Assembly (NCBI GenBank): GCA_035491955.1
Contig: DATJJU010000003.1
Span: 15,306-79,305 of the forward strand
DNA: 64,000 bases
Direction of reading: 5' to 3'
Source of the DNA: Minisyncoccota bacterium
Lineage (GTDB): Bacteria > Patescibacteriota > Minisyncoccia > Phycocordibacterales > UBA9973
Below, piece after piece: positions 19,563-28,629 of this stretch. The notes below the pieces were generated by a model. It did not search any database, was not told where the DNA came from, and saw nothing but the letters and a program-made list of their open reading frames with translations. The number at the start of each line of letters is the position of its first letter. Positions within the stretch are counted from its first letter, which is position 1. The translations under genes were made by a program, and so were the position numbers.

Positions 19563-19967
19563 TCAGTTTTTTTGTAGAAGCTCAGCGGCTCTTTGGACGC
19601 CATAGATTGAGATTTCTTTAGCGGAATTAATGTACGTGATTTTATCAAGATCGATGATCTCAAATGTGCTGAAGAAATCACCGATTTCTTGTGCCGATTG
19701 TGCAAGATCAATGACTTGTCGAAGGGCAACTTGTTCTTGGTCTGAGTGTCTCGGCGTTTTGCAATAAATATTCTGAGCCTCTTCGAAGTCTTTAGCATCC
19801 TTAATCGGTACGCTTAACCTAATAGGTCTGAGAAAAAAATCTTTCCTTTCCAGCAGGTCTCTAAAGAGGTCTACTACGGATGGCGGTACGGCATTAATAT
19901 TTTTGGCTGAGGTAAACATACACACCAATTCCTCGAATTGTGTGTTATCTAGCTTAGGTGCTGTCAT
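19563..19967 (-). CDS. Hypothetical protein
   Basis: 134-aa ORF with own promoter and downstream hairpin. Confidence 0.55.
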   Translation of the reverse strand: MTAPKLDNTQFEELVCMFTSAKNINAVPPSVVDLFRDLLERKDFFLRPIRLSVPIKDAKDFEEAQNIYCKTPRHSDQEQVALRQVIDLAQSAQEIGDFFSTFEIIDLDKITYINSAKEISIYGVQRAAELLQKN

Positions 19968-20085
19968 ATTTTTAATAAAATGGTTTTTGCAATATTGCCA
20001 TAAAAAACTAGGTTTGTCAAAATTATATTTTGGCTTGAATAAGCTCCTTTGTTGACATATAAAAGGATTGGGACTATCATCATCA

Positions 20086-20253
20086 ACAGACTTTTTGTTC
20101 TCTGCCTCGGTGGAAAGTATTGTAGTGATGAACTACGACCAAAATGCTCGAAGGTGGCATTGTGGATGTGGCAACACTCCTGCGACAAAATGATTAGCTA
20201 TCAGCCGCTACGGTGGCCAGCGCAAACTCTCAGACAAGTTCTGAGAGTTTTTT
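20086..20253 (+). ncRNA. Candidate structured small RNA D
   Basis: TTGACA-17-TATCAT promoter; GCAA, UACG and GAAG loops; terminator at 20224-20253. Confidence 0.55.
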
Positions 20254-20614
20254 ATTTCGCCCTCTCTCCTACTCTGAACTTTGTGATCTTTGTTACAAGC
20301 GTAAGCGGCAATCGTTCATCTAACGGAAACTGAATAGTGCCCTTGCTGCATTTGTATTCAGCGAGCTCTTTCTTAAACGCTTTTACGCCAGAAGCCGTAG
20401 GAAAAAATCCAATATGTGTCTTGAATGCTCCAAAATGAACAAGATTCTTATTATGTAATCTATATGTTGGAATGCCGTATCGTATCGCTTCTTCTGCTTT
20501 TGGCGCTGCTTTCGCTATAGTCTGACGCATCTTTTTTAACAGTACCTGAATCTCCTCTGGATACAATGCAATATATTCATCAATAGTTGCAACAGCCTTC
20601 ATCATCTTTTTCAT
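20252..20614 (-). CDS. DUF1801 (YdhG-like) protein
   Basis: IDEYI, E.IRYGIPT, HIGFFP, KGTIQFP. Confidence 0.9.
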   Translation of the reverse strand: MKKMMKAVATIDEYIALYPEEIQVLLKKMRQTIAKAAPKAEEAIRYGIPTYRLHNKNLVHFGAFKTHIGFFPTASGVKAFKKELAEYKCSKGTIQFPLDERLPLTLVTKITKFRVGERAK

Positions 20615-20714
20615 ACCCATAGTATAGCTTCTTGCATAGGTTGGATCTATGTAAAAGATAATTGACAAAAGTGTGTTTTTATGATATTATAAAACAAACT
20701 CAAAACCGAAAGAA

Positions 20715-20909
20715 ATGGAACTTAACAATTTTTTGGAAAAGGCTGAAGATTATTTCATTAGCCATTTTGCTGTAGACCTTCTGGTATTCGCAGTAGTAAT
20801 AGCCATAATCGTTATCATTATTGTTCGACGCCACAAAAAGAACGAAGCTAAAAAATCATTGAACAACATCATTACTGAAGCGTTGGATAGACCTGGAAAA
20901 GGATCTTGA
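20715..20909 (+). CDS. Small single-TM protein
   Basis: TM followed by RRHKK; TTGACA promoter. Confidence 0.6.
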   Translation: MELNNFLEKAEDYFISHFAVDLLVFAVVIAIIVIIIVRRHKKNEAKKSLNNIITEALDRPGKGS

Positions 20910-21072
20910 TATCATGTGCGATGATTTATGGAATGCGACAGAAACCTTTCCTTCCCTTCGTGCTGAGCTTACAAAAAAGTATGCCCTGTTATCCTATCGA
21001 GAGAAATAATAATTCCTTCTCGCTGGATCGCATAAATGCTATTCTATAACTGAATTAAAAATTCCTGAAATC

Positions 21073-21207
21073 ATGAAAATTCCTGAAATCCCTTCCCTTT
21101 TATTGGTTATCGTTACAATTGTACTTTATTTTCTCTGGCCGCTTCGCCGGCACAGAAAATCCTATGTTGAGCCAATAGCTCCTAAAAAAGAAACTGTTAT
21201 GGGGTAA
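21073..21207 (+). CDS. 44-aa single-TM protein (absent from the ORF track)
   Basis: MKIPEIPSLLLVIVTIVLYFLWPLRRHRK...; terminator at about 21236-21270. Confidence 0.5.
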   Translation: MKIPEIPSLLLVIVTIVLYFLWPLRRHRKSYVEPIAPKKETVMG

Positions 21208-21360
21208 CTTCTCATAATTGTACGGTGATTAATAAGACCCCTCGAACTGTGAATGGTTCGGGGGATTTTTTGTTCTTGAATAAATATTGACTTTATCTTT
21301 ATTTTATGGTAAAAAGCGTCAAGTTCATTCACATAAATAAAAAACCAAAATTCAAACACC

Positions 21361-22068
21361 ATGAAAAATCTCCTGTTTGCCCTTCTCGCTCTTATGGTAA
21401 TTATTATCGCTTCTTGTTCGAAAAAAGAAGAAGTTATTCCGCAGTCCCCTGTATATTCTCAACGCTTAGTTATGTCACATCATCAGATGGACAGTGCTAT
21501 GCAAGCGAATACAGGAAAACAATTTACAATGCATAATTTCCTCTCTCGTAGGAAAAGAGCTGCCAGGCTGGCTTCGCTAACTGACTCTATGAAAAGATGC
21601 GTAGTAGAAATTGGATTAACCAAAGATTCTACGACCAATCAATATATTAGAGATGAAATAGCATTAGCGCATGATTCTACTGCTCATGTGGGGTATATAG
21701 CTGGTGAAGATGCCATTCGTTTTCCAGGGTTCGGTGCTGCTGCATTAGCCGCTAAGGCACAGGATACCGTATCAAAAGATACAATACCGGAGTCTGTTGA
21801 TGTTCGTCCATACAAGGCTTACGAAAAAATTCCGTTGTATGCCGCAGTAAAACAAGACGGTCACTACGTCTTATTTGTTGACCCACGAGAAAATACGCTT
21901 CCAACAAAAGGTGGTCAGTTGTGGCTTCATGATAAAATGAGGGCTCGCAAAGATTCAGTCAGACTTGATATTGCACCCTATTATTTTGATGTAAATGCAG
22001 CAGATCCTACGTTGCCTCCATTGGCTACCAGATTTTCCGTTTCATTTTGCGTAAAGAAATTTAAATAA
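21361..22068 (+). CDS. Putative lipoprotein, orphan
   Basis: Lipobox IAS-C followed by SKKEE. Confidence 0.7.
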   Translation: MKNLLFALLALMVIIIASCSKKEEVIPQSPVYSQRLVMSHHQMDSAMQANTGKQFTMHNFLSRRKRAARLASLTDSMKRCVVEIGLTKDSTTNQYIRDEIALAHDSTAHVGYIAGEDAIRFPGFGAAALAAKAQDTVSKDTIPESVDVRPYKAYEKIPLYAAVKQDGHYVLFVDPRENTLPTKGGQLWLHDKMRARKDSVRLDIAPYYFDVNAADPTLPPLATRFSVSFCVKKFK

Positions 22069-22178
22069 TATTTTGGTACACAAAAGAATAAAATCCTTCT
22101 TTATTTTAAATAGAGAGGGATTTTTTTATTGACAAAGTGTTATAAAACTGTTATTATATAGAAAACAATTTTATAACA

Positions 22179-22739
22179 ATGAATAAGCAAAACTTGGAAA
22201 ACGTACAGATAGCAACGGCTCATGTCATGTTGCTGAATATTCCTCCCTATGTCGGAGAATATCTTGAAAGAAACAGTACTAACAAAAAAGATATTCGGAC
22301 GGCGTTATGCATGCAGCAGGATATCTTTACCCAATTCCCTATTCTTAATGAAGTAGTGGATAAAAAGGAAAGGCTGGCGATGGCTACAAAGTTCATACAG
22401 AAATACTTTGTCAAAAAGAGGTGTGTTGCGAGAAAAACAAATTACTTGCCCATGAATCTTTTTGAACACCACAAAGAGATCAATCAAACCCCACCGGGGC
22501 TTGTGGGAAATTTTTTCTGTGATGAAAGGCACTCCTCTCTTGAAAGTGCTATGAAAAAGTATGACTATGTCAGTATGCTTACTGCTGTAGACATGGAGAA
22601 TCCTAAATCACAAGGATATCTTCTTGTTCACCACTGTACGCTTGAAGAGCGGTTTGAGCCATTCTCTGACAACCTTCTTATGGATCGCTCTCACGCTGTC
22701 CACACTGCCAAGCTTCTGCTTGCAAGTCTTTCTATTTAA
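22179..22739 (+). CDS. Hypothetical protein
   Basis: ORF with TTGACA promoter and terminator. Confidence 0.65.
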   Translation: MNKQNLENVQIATAHVMLLNIPPYVGEYLERNSTNKKDIRTALCMQQDIFTQFPILNEVVDKKERLAMATKFIQKYFVKKRCVARKTNYLPMNLFEHHKEINQTPPGLVGNFFCDERHSSLESAMKKYDYVSMLTAVDMENPKSQGYLLVHHCTLEERFEPFSDNLLMDRSHAVHTAKLLLASLSI

Positions 22740-22763
22740 ACAATAAACAATCTTGAAATGTAA

Positions 22764-22800
22764 AACGGCTACCATCATGATGGTAGCCGTTATTTTTTTT
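22764..22800. terminator. Bidirectional terminator
   Basis: AACGGCTACCATCATGATGGTAGCCGTT palindrome plus T-tract between convergent genes. Confidence 0.8.
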
Positions 22801-22818
22801 ACGTATTAATATACTGAT

Positions 22819-23487
22819 CTATTTTTTTTCAGCAAATGCCAATATACAGTATTCTTTTTCAATTGGTTCGGCCATACTATACAAACCAAACTCTGTTGGT
22901 TGATACTCTTCATTCCGAATGAAAATCCAAGGATAGTTGATGACACCGTTACGGTCATCAGCCCAAAGATTCTCTTGTTCATCCAACGAATTGATGTAGC
23001 AATTTCTCGGCAAGTATTCCTTATGTTGATCTAAGGCAAGAAGTAGTCCTGGGGCACCGACAAGCAGCAGATGATGCTTGTGTAGAAATGTCAATGTTTC
23101 TTTAGTACTGATTCGCACTTTTTCTATTACAGTAAATACTTCAACTGTGTATGTTTTTCCTGGAATCAGCTTACACGAAGGGTTACAGAAGTAACATCCT
23201 CTAAAATGTTCCCAGTCTTCATCCATAGAAAACACAAATGAATGGCTCCCATGTATCCTGGCGTCGTATTTTATAGCCATTGAACTATCAATATAAGACC
23301 GTTCGTCATATTCCTCAGGAACAGTAATCTCGAATAATCTGACCGGCAGACCAAAGCGTTCGTCGATGCTGTCAGGGATAGAATGTATCGTTACATACGC
23401 GTCAGGATGTGTATGCTTATGCTTATTCTGTGCCCAGCTCATCATCCCGATGAGTACTGTGGCCAAAAGACAAAAGATCTTTTTCAT
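22819..23487 (-). CDS. Hypothetical secreted protein
   Basis: Signal peptide ending SWA-Q; own promoter. Confidence 0.65.
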   Translation of the reverse strand: MKKIFCLLATVLIGMMSWAQNKHKHTHPDAYVTIHSIPDSIDERFGLPVRLFEITVPEEYDERSYIDSSMAIKYDARIHGSHSFVFSMDEDWEHFRGCYFCNPSCKLIPGKTYTVEVFTVIEKVRISTKETLTFLHKHHLLLVGAPGLLLALDQHKEYLPRNCYINSLDEQENLWADDRNGVINYPWIFIRNEEYQPTEFGLYSMAEPIEKEYCILAFAEKK

Positions 23488-23608
23488 ATTGTTAAATTTA
23501 GGATTTTTTATTACTCTACCCTCTTTCGTCGTTGTGTCAATCTGCTTTACAAGATATAAAAATCGTGTTATTTTAATAAAAAACAATTACATACACAACT
23601 TTAACAAT

Positions 23609-25378
23609 ATGAAGAAAGTACTCACCACCTATTGGATCCACACTGAAGGCATTCGCCGTTTTGGCGTACTGACCATGATTTTCATTACTCTGGCTATGCT
23701 GTTTCGCGATATCCTTCGCCCCTTAGCTATGAAGAATGTTATCGACGGCTTAACAGTTCACAAATTTGATCATCCATATATATGGAAACAGTTTGGATTG
23801 TTTGCCTTGTTCCATTTCGGAGCACAGCTATGGTTTCGGATCTCAGGCCGATCGAAGGTATGGTTTGAGCTGAATCAAATGCGCATATTGCGCAATCTCA
23901 GCTTCACGACCATGATCACTCGCTCGCTTGAGTTTTTCCTTACCAACCCCTCAGGGTCGCTCGTCGCTAAGCAGAAACGTTTTGTCGGCGCAGCTGAAGT
24001 CCTTTTTGATGAACTTAATGACAAGTATATTCAACTGACAATCCAAACAATTGGAGTTTCGATAGTTATGTATTTTGTCTCACCTATTATCATGGGCATT
24101 GTGCTGATATGGATATTATTTTATTTCCTTAATGCACGAATGAGTTCAAAGAAAAGACTGGCATTCGGATATGCTGAATCTGCGGTAGAGTCAGAAGTTA
24201 CAGGCATGTATGCTGACGTCGCTGCAAACATGCCGACTGTGAAAGCATTCGGCATGATCGAAGAAGAGCTTTCTCGCTTCGATTCGTTGACGAAAAAGCA
24301 TTTCAAAGCATTTAAAAGAGCATGGAACTATGCGGAGAAGCAACATGCTATACAAAGCATCTTCTCTTTCATTATCCATGTTGGATGCTTTGGCTTGGCG
24401 ATATTTTTCTGGATGTATCATGGCATGACTACTGGCCAAGTTATCCTTGTCAGTATTTACGCTGGACAGCTTTCGAGCTCCTTCTGGGATTTTGGAAAGA
24501 CATTGAAGCGCTACATGCGCTGCATTACTGATGCAGAAGAAATGGTAGATATTATTGATATTCCACTGACGATCCATGATTATTCAGGAGCGTATCAGAA
24601 GATATCACTATTGCCTGCTGATGCCAGTATCGAGTTCAATAGTGTTCATTTTTCCTATGATCCTAAAATACCGATCTTTGACCACTTTAGCCTGCATATT
24701 CCTGCAGGACAAAAAGTAGCTATTATTGGTTCAACAGGTGCAGGTAAATCAACGCTGATTAAATTGATCCAGCGTAATGCCGATCCTCAGTATGGAGCAA
24801 TATATATTGGTCCATACAATATCAAGACTGACATTACGCAGCGGGCATTGAAGCGTTGCATTAGTATTGTCCCTCAAACCATCAATCTGTTCAATCGCAG
24901 TATTGCGGAGAACATTGCGTACGGTAAGCAGGATGCTACTTTAGATGAAATTATGACTGCGGCTAAGAAAGCATTCATTCATGATTTTATTATGGATTTG
25001 CCTCGGCAGTATCAAACATCGGTCAGTGAAAATGGCGCGAACTTTTCCGGCGGGCAACGCCAACGCATTGCTATCGCCAGAGCGATCTTGCATGATGCAC
25101 CCATTGTCATCTTTGATGAAGCGACTTCATCGGTTGATAATATTATGGAGCGCCAATTACAGCAGATCCTTCAAACCGAATTGAAAGATAAAACATTCAT
25201 CACTGTTGCACACCGCTTATCAACGGTTCGTCATTGTGAGCGTATTATCGTTCTTGAGAATGGTGCTATTGTTCAAGATGGCACGCATGAGCAACTGGCA
25301 GCTGACACCGACGGTATCTACTACCGCATGCTTAACTCTCCGGAGGATGCAGAAAAGGAAGAAATCTTCAGTAATTAA
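23609..25378 (+). CDS. ABC exporter with fused permease and ATPase
   Basis: TM domain; GSTGAGKST, FSGGQRQR, DEATS, AHRLS. Confidence 0.93.
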   Translation: MKKVLTTYWIHTEGIRRFGVLTMIFITLAMLFRDILRPLAMKNVIDGLTVHKFDHPYIWKQFGLFALFHFGAQLWFRISGRSKVWFELNQMRILRNLSFTTMITRSLEFFLTNPSGSLVAKQKRFVGAAEVLFDELNDKYIQLTIQTIGVSIVMYFVSPIIMGIVLIWILFYFLNARMSSKKRLAFGYAESAVESEVTGMYADVAANMPTVKAFGMIEEELSRFDSLTKKHFKAFKRAWNYAEKQHAIQSIFSFIIHVGCFGLAIFFWMYHGMTTGQVILVSIYAGQLSSSFWDFGKTLKRYMRCITDAEEMVDIIDIPLTIHDYSGAYQKISLLPADASIEFNSVHFSYDPKIPIFDHFSLHIPAGQKVAIIGSTGAGKSTLIKLIQRNADPQYGAIYIGPYNIKTDITQRALKRCISIVPQTINLFNRSIAENIAYGKQDATLDEIMTAAKKAFIHDFIMDLPRQYQTSVSENGANFSGGQRQRIAIARAILHDAPIVIFDEATSSVDNIMERQLQQILQTELKDKTFITVAHRLSTVRHCERIIVLENGAIVQDGTHEQLAADTDGIYYRMLNSPEDAEKEEIFSN

Positions 25379-25382
25379 ATTC

Positions 25383-25413
25383 AAGCGCTTTACCTTACAG
25401 GTAAAGCGCTTTT
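25383..25413 (+). terminator. Intrinsic terminator
   Basis: AAGCGCTTTACCT-TAC-AGGTAAAGCGCTT plus T-tract. Confidence 0.8.
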
Positions 25414-25469
25414 TATTTGACAATTCATGAATAAATGGTAATGTTTTACCAAACTTTAAAAATATCGTT

Positions 25470-25889
25470 ATGAGAAATATCACTCTAGTACTCGCTCGAC
25501 CGCTTATGGTCCTCGTAATTGTTACGCAATTCCTTGCTGTTATCGGCTACCTACTGTGGCATTACGGTGCAACAACGAATGACATTATCGCTATTAAGCT
25601 ACTGCCAGGCGTTGCCACTTTTTGCAACCTGTCTTTAATTGTTTGCTTCTATGAAGATTATCCAGAGACCGAAAGAGAATTCTTGGAAGCCTGGCTCGTC
25701 CTATTAGGAACAGTTCTTATCTTTGCAGGTGAATTCTTTCATGCATACCTGGTAAAACACGGTACACATATCTTGATCAGCTCCACTATTCCGTTGATCG
25801 GATTATATTGCGCCGTTAGGTTTGATTCTATTTTGTATAAAATGATTTTTAAGAAACTTGATTCCGAATCACTTATAAAAAATACCTAA
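25470..25889 (+). CDS. Four-TM membrane protein
   Basis: Hydrophobic segments; TTGACA promoter. Confidence 0.65.
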   Translation: MRNITLVLARPLMVLVIVTQFLAVIGYLLWHYGATTNDIIAIKLLPGVATFCNLSLIVCFYEDYPETEREFLEAWLVLLGTVLIFAGEFFHAYLVKHGTHILISSTIPLIGLYCAVRFDSILYKMIFKKLDSESLIKNT

Positions 25890-25891
25890 AA

Positions 25892-26350
25892 ATGAAAGAT
25901 AGAAAAAATAAGACACACCATCTCCTTCATTTGGACTACAACCTTTCTTGGGTTCCAGCCAAAGAAGTACGTATAGAATTATCCTTTGAGCAAATAAAAA
26001 GTGTTCTATCTGATAAGGACTTTCAAAAAGAGCTTTCTGATGCGCGGCAATTTAAGTTTTACGTTAAGCAGGCTTTTGTACTATCGTTTGGTCATATTAA
26101 GTATGATCCCAACATAGAACCGCAGGAACTCGCTCAAATGATTAAAGATTTACTGGCAATAGTTAATGATGACAGTATTGAATATCCAGAAGTGCGAGCA
26201 CTTGTGGCCATGATTCGTTTTGAGCATTTCAAGGAATCTATTCTTCCTGATGAATTATTTCAAATGTTTGCTCGTCCAGCATTCATCCTTGATGATTATG
26301 TTGAACAGATTGCTTACAGAGAATTCTGTAGACGAGCAAAAAAGCTATAG
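25892..26350 (+). CDS. Hypothetical protein
   Basis: Starts 2 nt after the upstream stop. Confidence 0.6.
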   Translation: MKDRKNKTHHLLHLDYNLSWVPAKEVRIELSFEQIKSVLSDKDFQKELSDARQFKFYVKQAFVLSFGHIKYDPNIEPQELAQMIKDLLAIVNDDSIEYPEVRALVAMIRFEHFKESILPDELFQMFARPAFILDDYVEQIAYREFCRRAKKL

Positions 26351-26402
26351 CTCCTTTGACAAAGGCAAGAGTCGTAGTAATCTAAAGAAAAAATAACTAT
26401 AT

Positions 26403-26882
26403 ATGAAACTTTTGATCCTTGTAAGTACTGGTGATACTCAGGCGTCCACCAACAACGACCTTAAAGAAATCAAGTCAGCCGCAGAAAAGCTTTCAGTTCT
26501 CCAGCTTGGAAAATCAGGCATCTTTCCCTCATTCGAAGGGGCAGAAAAAGAAGCAGCTATTATACTGGCGGAACGTCTCAATCTTGATGTCCTAGAAACA
26601 ATACAAATGAAATGGGGCAAAGATGAGAGGAAAAAGAGGTGCGCAGAACTTGTTGTAAATTTTGTATCAGAAAAATACCAGTATGAAAAATTTGATTCAG
26701 TTATCTTGGTAAGCGGAAGCACTCAGCTGAAGCACATAGCACGGAGTATTGATGCCAATCAACCACTTCCTTTGTACCTTAAGTATGGCGAAATGCTTAT
26801 TATTGATAAGGAAACCAAAAAAGTATATTACATCAATAAGTATGCTCCTCATACTCATCATCAGATTAAAAGCAGGCAATAA
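26403..26882 (+). CDS. Hypothetical protein, possibly a degenerate histidine-phosphatase (SixA-like) fold
   Basis: Size and strand/helix pattern: MKLLILVSTG, ILVSG, LKYGEMLIID. Confidence 0.5.
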   Translation: MKLLILVSTGDTQASTNNDLKEIKSAAEKLSVLQLGKSGIFPSFEGAEKEAAIILAERLNLDVLETIQMKWGKDERKKRCAELVVNFVSEKYQYEKFDSVILVSGSTQLKHIARSIDANQPLPLYLKYGEMLIIDKETKKVYYINKYAPHTHHQIKSRQ

Positions 26883-26965
26883 AGCCTGTTTTTTTATTTG
26901 CACCCTCTAATTAAAAGAACCCCGCTGCTATTGCTAGCTTTGGGGCCCCAGTGTGTCTTAATTTC

Positions 26966-27352
26966 TTAATTGTTTTCGAAAACTGTTTCGAAAAGATTTT
27001 TTCCTGGTGGAAAGTGTGATAGGAGTATCTCCTCCATTCGTTTTTTTCGAATTAAAGCTTCTTCAGACGATTTATTTTCTTCATTTTCGAGACATTGTAT
27101 GAAGCAGAGTTTGGCTACATCAGATATATCATCGAAGAAATGAAGTTTTAAAAGCGCTGGCAGAGCTTTTATTGTTCCAGTCCGCGTTACGGTCTGCAGG
27201 CCGGAAGATGAAACATAGCATTTGCGGACAGCGCGCCACGCACTCAATTCCTTTACTACTCTTATGAATAAAGAGTCAATTTGCTGGTAGGCATTGGTGC
27301 GGGTGTTGCTAACCCCGGTGAGCTGTTGTTCGATTGAAGGTACAGTTGTCAT
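26966..27352 (-). CDS. Hypothetical protein
   Basis: 128-aa ORF with promoter and A-rich leader. Confidence 0.55.
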   Translation of the reverse strand: MTTVPSIEQQLTGVSNTRTNAYQQIDSLFIRVVKELSAWRAVRKCYVSSSGLQTVTRTGTIKALPALLKLHFFDDISDVAKLCFIQCLENEENKSSEEALIRKKRMEEILLSHFPPGKNLFETVFENN

Positions 27353-27399
27353 AATAAATAATTAATTTTTCTTTATTATAACAAACTTTACAGTATGTG

Positions 27400-28107
27400 T
27401 CAATCATGGGCTAATACTTCTGCTCGCTCTGTCTCAATAGCTTCGAGGATGCGTTCCGCTACATATTCTGCAGTATCAGCATCCGGTAAGTTGCCTGGAC
27501 GGCTAAATTCTGGTGCGCCTTCAGTCTTCAGTGAGTTCTGCCCAAAGCCTGTGTCAGTGAGGCCTGGGTGCATAACATTCACTACGATATTATCCCCTTC
27601 TAGCTCTGCGCGAGCAGTCAATGAAATAGCGTTCAGTGCATATTTTGTTGAAGCATAGGCTCCAAGGTTTGGAAAATAATTTTTTGATACCAGAGAGCTG
27701 ATATTCAATATGTGACCAGAGCCTTGGCTGCGCATGATAGGAATAACTTGCTGCATAGCGATCAGCGGGCCGATAACATTCAGTTCCAAGATACGGCGAT
27801 AGTCATGAATGCCCACATGCTCGATCGGGCCGTACAAGCCTTGTCCGGCATTATTTACCAGTACATCAATACGGCCAAAGTGCTCCTTCACTTTGTGGAT
27901 CATTTCCTTAATGTCGGTCTCGTTGCTCATGTCAGTTGGTATAGCAAATGAACCTGGCAATTCTTCCGTCAGTTTTTCCAATGTCTCGCGTGAGCGTGCT
28001 GCCAGCGCTACCTTTGCACCGTGCTGTACTAATAGGCGTGCCGTAGCCAAGCCAATGCCAGCAGACGCTCCTGTTACAATGATTACTTTATCTTGTACTT
28101 TTTTCAT
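27400..28107 (-). CDS. SDR family oxidoreductase
   Basis: TGASAGIG, NNAG, YASTK. Confidence 0.93.
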   Translation of the reverse strand: MKKVQDKVIIVTGASAGIGLATARLLVQHGAKVALAARSRETLEKLTEELPGSFAIPTDMSNETDIKEMIHKVKEHFGRIDVLVNNAGQGLYGPIEHVGIHDYRRILELNVIGPLIAMQQVIPIMRSQGSGHILNISSLVSKNYFPNLGAYASTKYALNAISLTARAELEGDNIVVNVMHPGLTDTGFGQNSLKTEGAPEFSRPGNLPDADTAEYVAERILEAIETERAEVLAHD

Positions 28108-28122
28108 ACCCCTAGTATAGCA

Positions 28123-28629
28123 TTAGGAGGTGGCGTGGAAAGTTGCCAAAACGTGGCTGTATGTTGCATCGTCAGCACTATTGGTGGAGATGGAGTACAT
28201 TCCCTGCTCGCTCGTTTTGGCATAGCTCTGCATGACGCATGATGTCGGACTAATATCGATCGTGACATTGCCCGGACCAACGATTGTTTCTGTTGTGCAG
28301 TTCTTCACTTTCTTTTCAAAACTATTCCAGCCGATCGGTGCTTCGAATGTAAAGCCGTCTCGAATAACTGTTTTATATTCTATGGTACTTGTATCAGTAT
28401 CAATGCCGTCATTTTCAGAAGACGGTTGCTGTTCTTGAGAAGCTTGCTCTGAGCTTGTTGAAGGATGTGGTGGTAATGACATGTGCGGCATAGCTCTGCG
28501 CAACGCATCAGTGGTATTGTTGTTATTTTGTGTCTGTACCGTATAGGCTGCCACGCTCAAGAGCGCAATGACACCGAGCGCTAGCAGTACGAACCGTATG
28601 ATTATTCTTCTTTTAAAACCGTTGCCCAT
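28123..28629 (-). CDS. Membrane-anchored hypothetical protein
   Basis: N-terminal TM, low-complexity linker; overlaps the ATPase stop. Confidence 0.6.
   Translation of the reverse strand: MGNGFKRRIIIRFVLLALGVIALLSVAAYTVQTQNNNNTTDALRRAMPHMSLPPHPSTSSEQASQEQQPSSENDGIDTDTSTIEYKTVIRDGFTFEAPIGWNSFEKKVKNCTTETIVGPGNVTIDISPTSCVMQSYAKTSEQGMYSISTNSADDATYSHVLATFHATS

Noticed and set aside
20049-20333. ORFs over the candidate ncRNAs (also 14442-14624 and 42599-42955)
   Set aside because: They begin inside promoter elements or other genes and run through terminators; likely spurious
20914-21009. 31-codon ORF MCDDLW...
   Set aside because: Too short, with no motif or clear initiation signal
23366-23608. 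N-terminal extension of the ABC transporter, and similar extensions in the ORF track (NRAMP, rpmA, adaptor, flippase)
   Set aside because: They overlap neighbouring genes or promoters; downstream ATGs fit better
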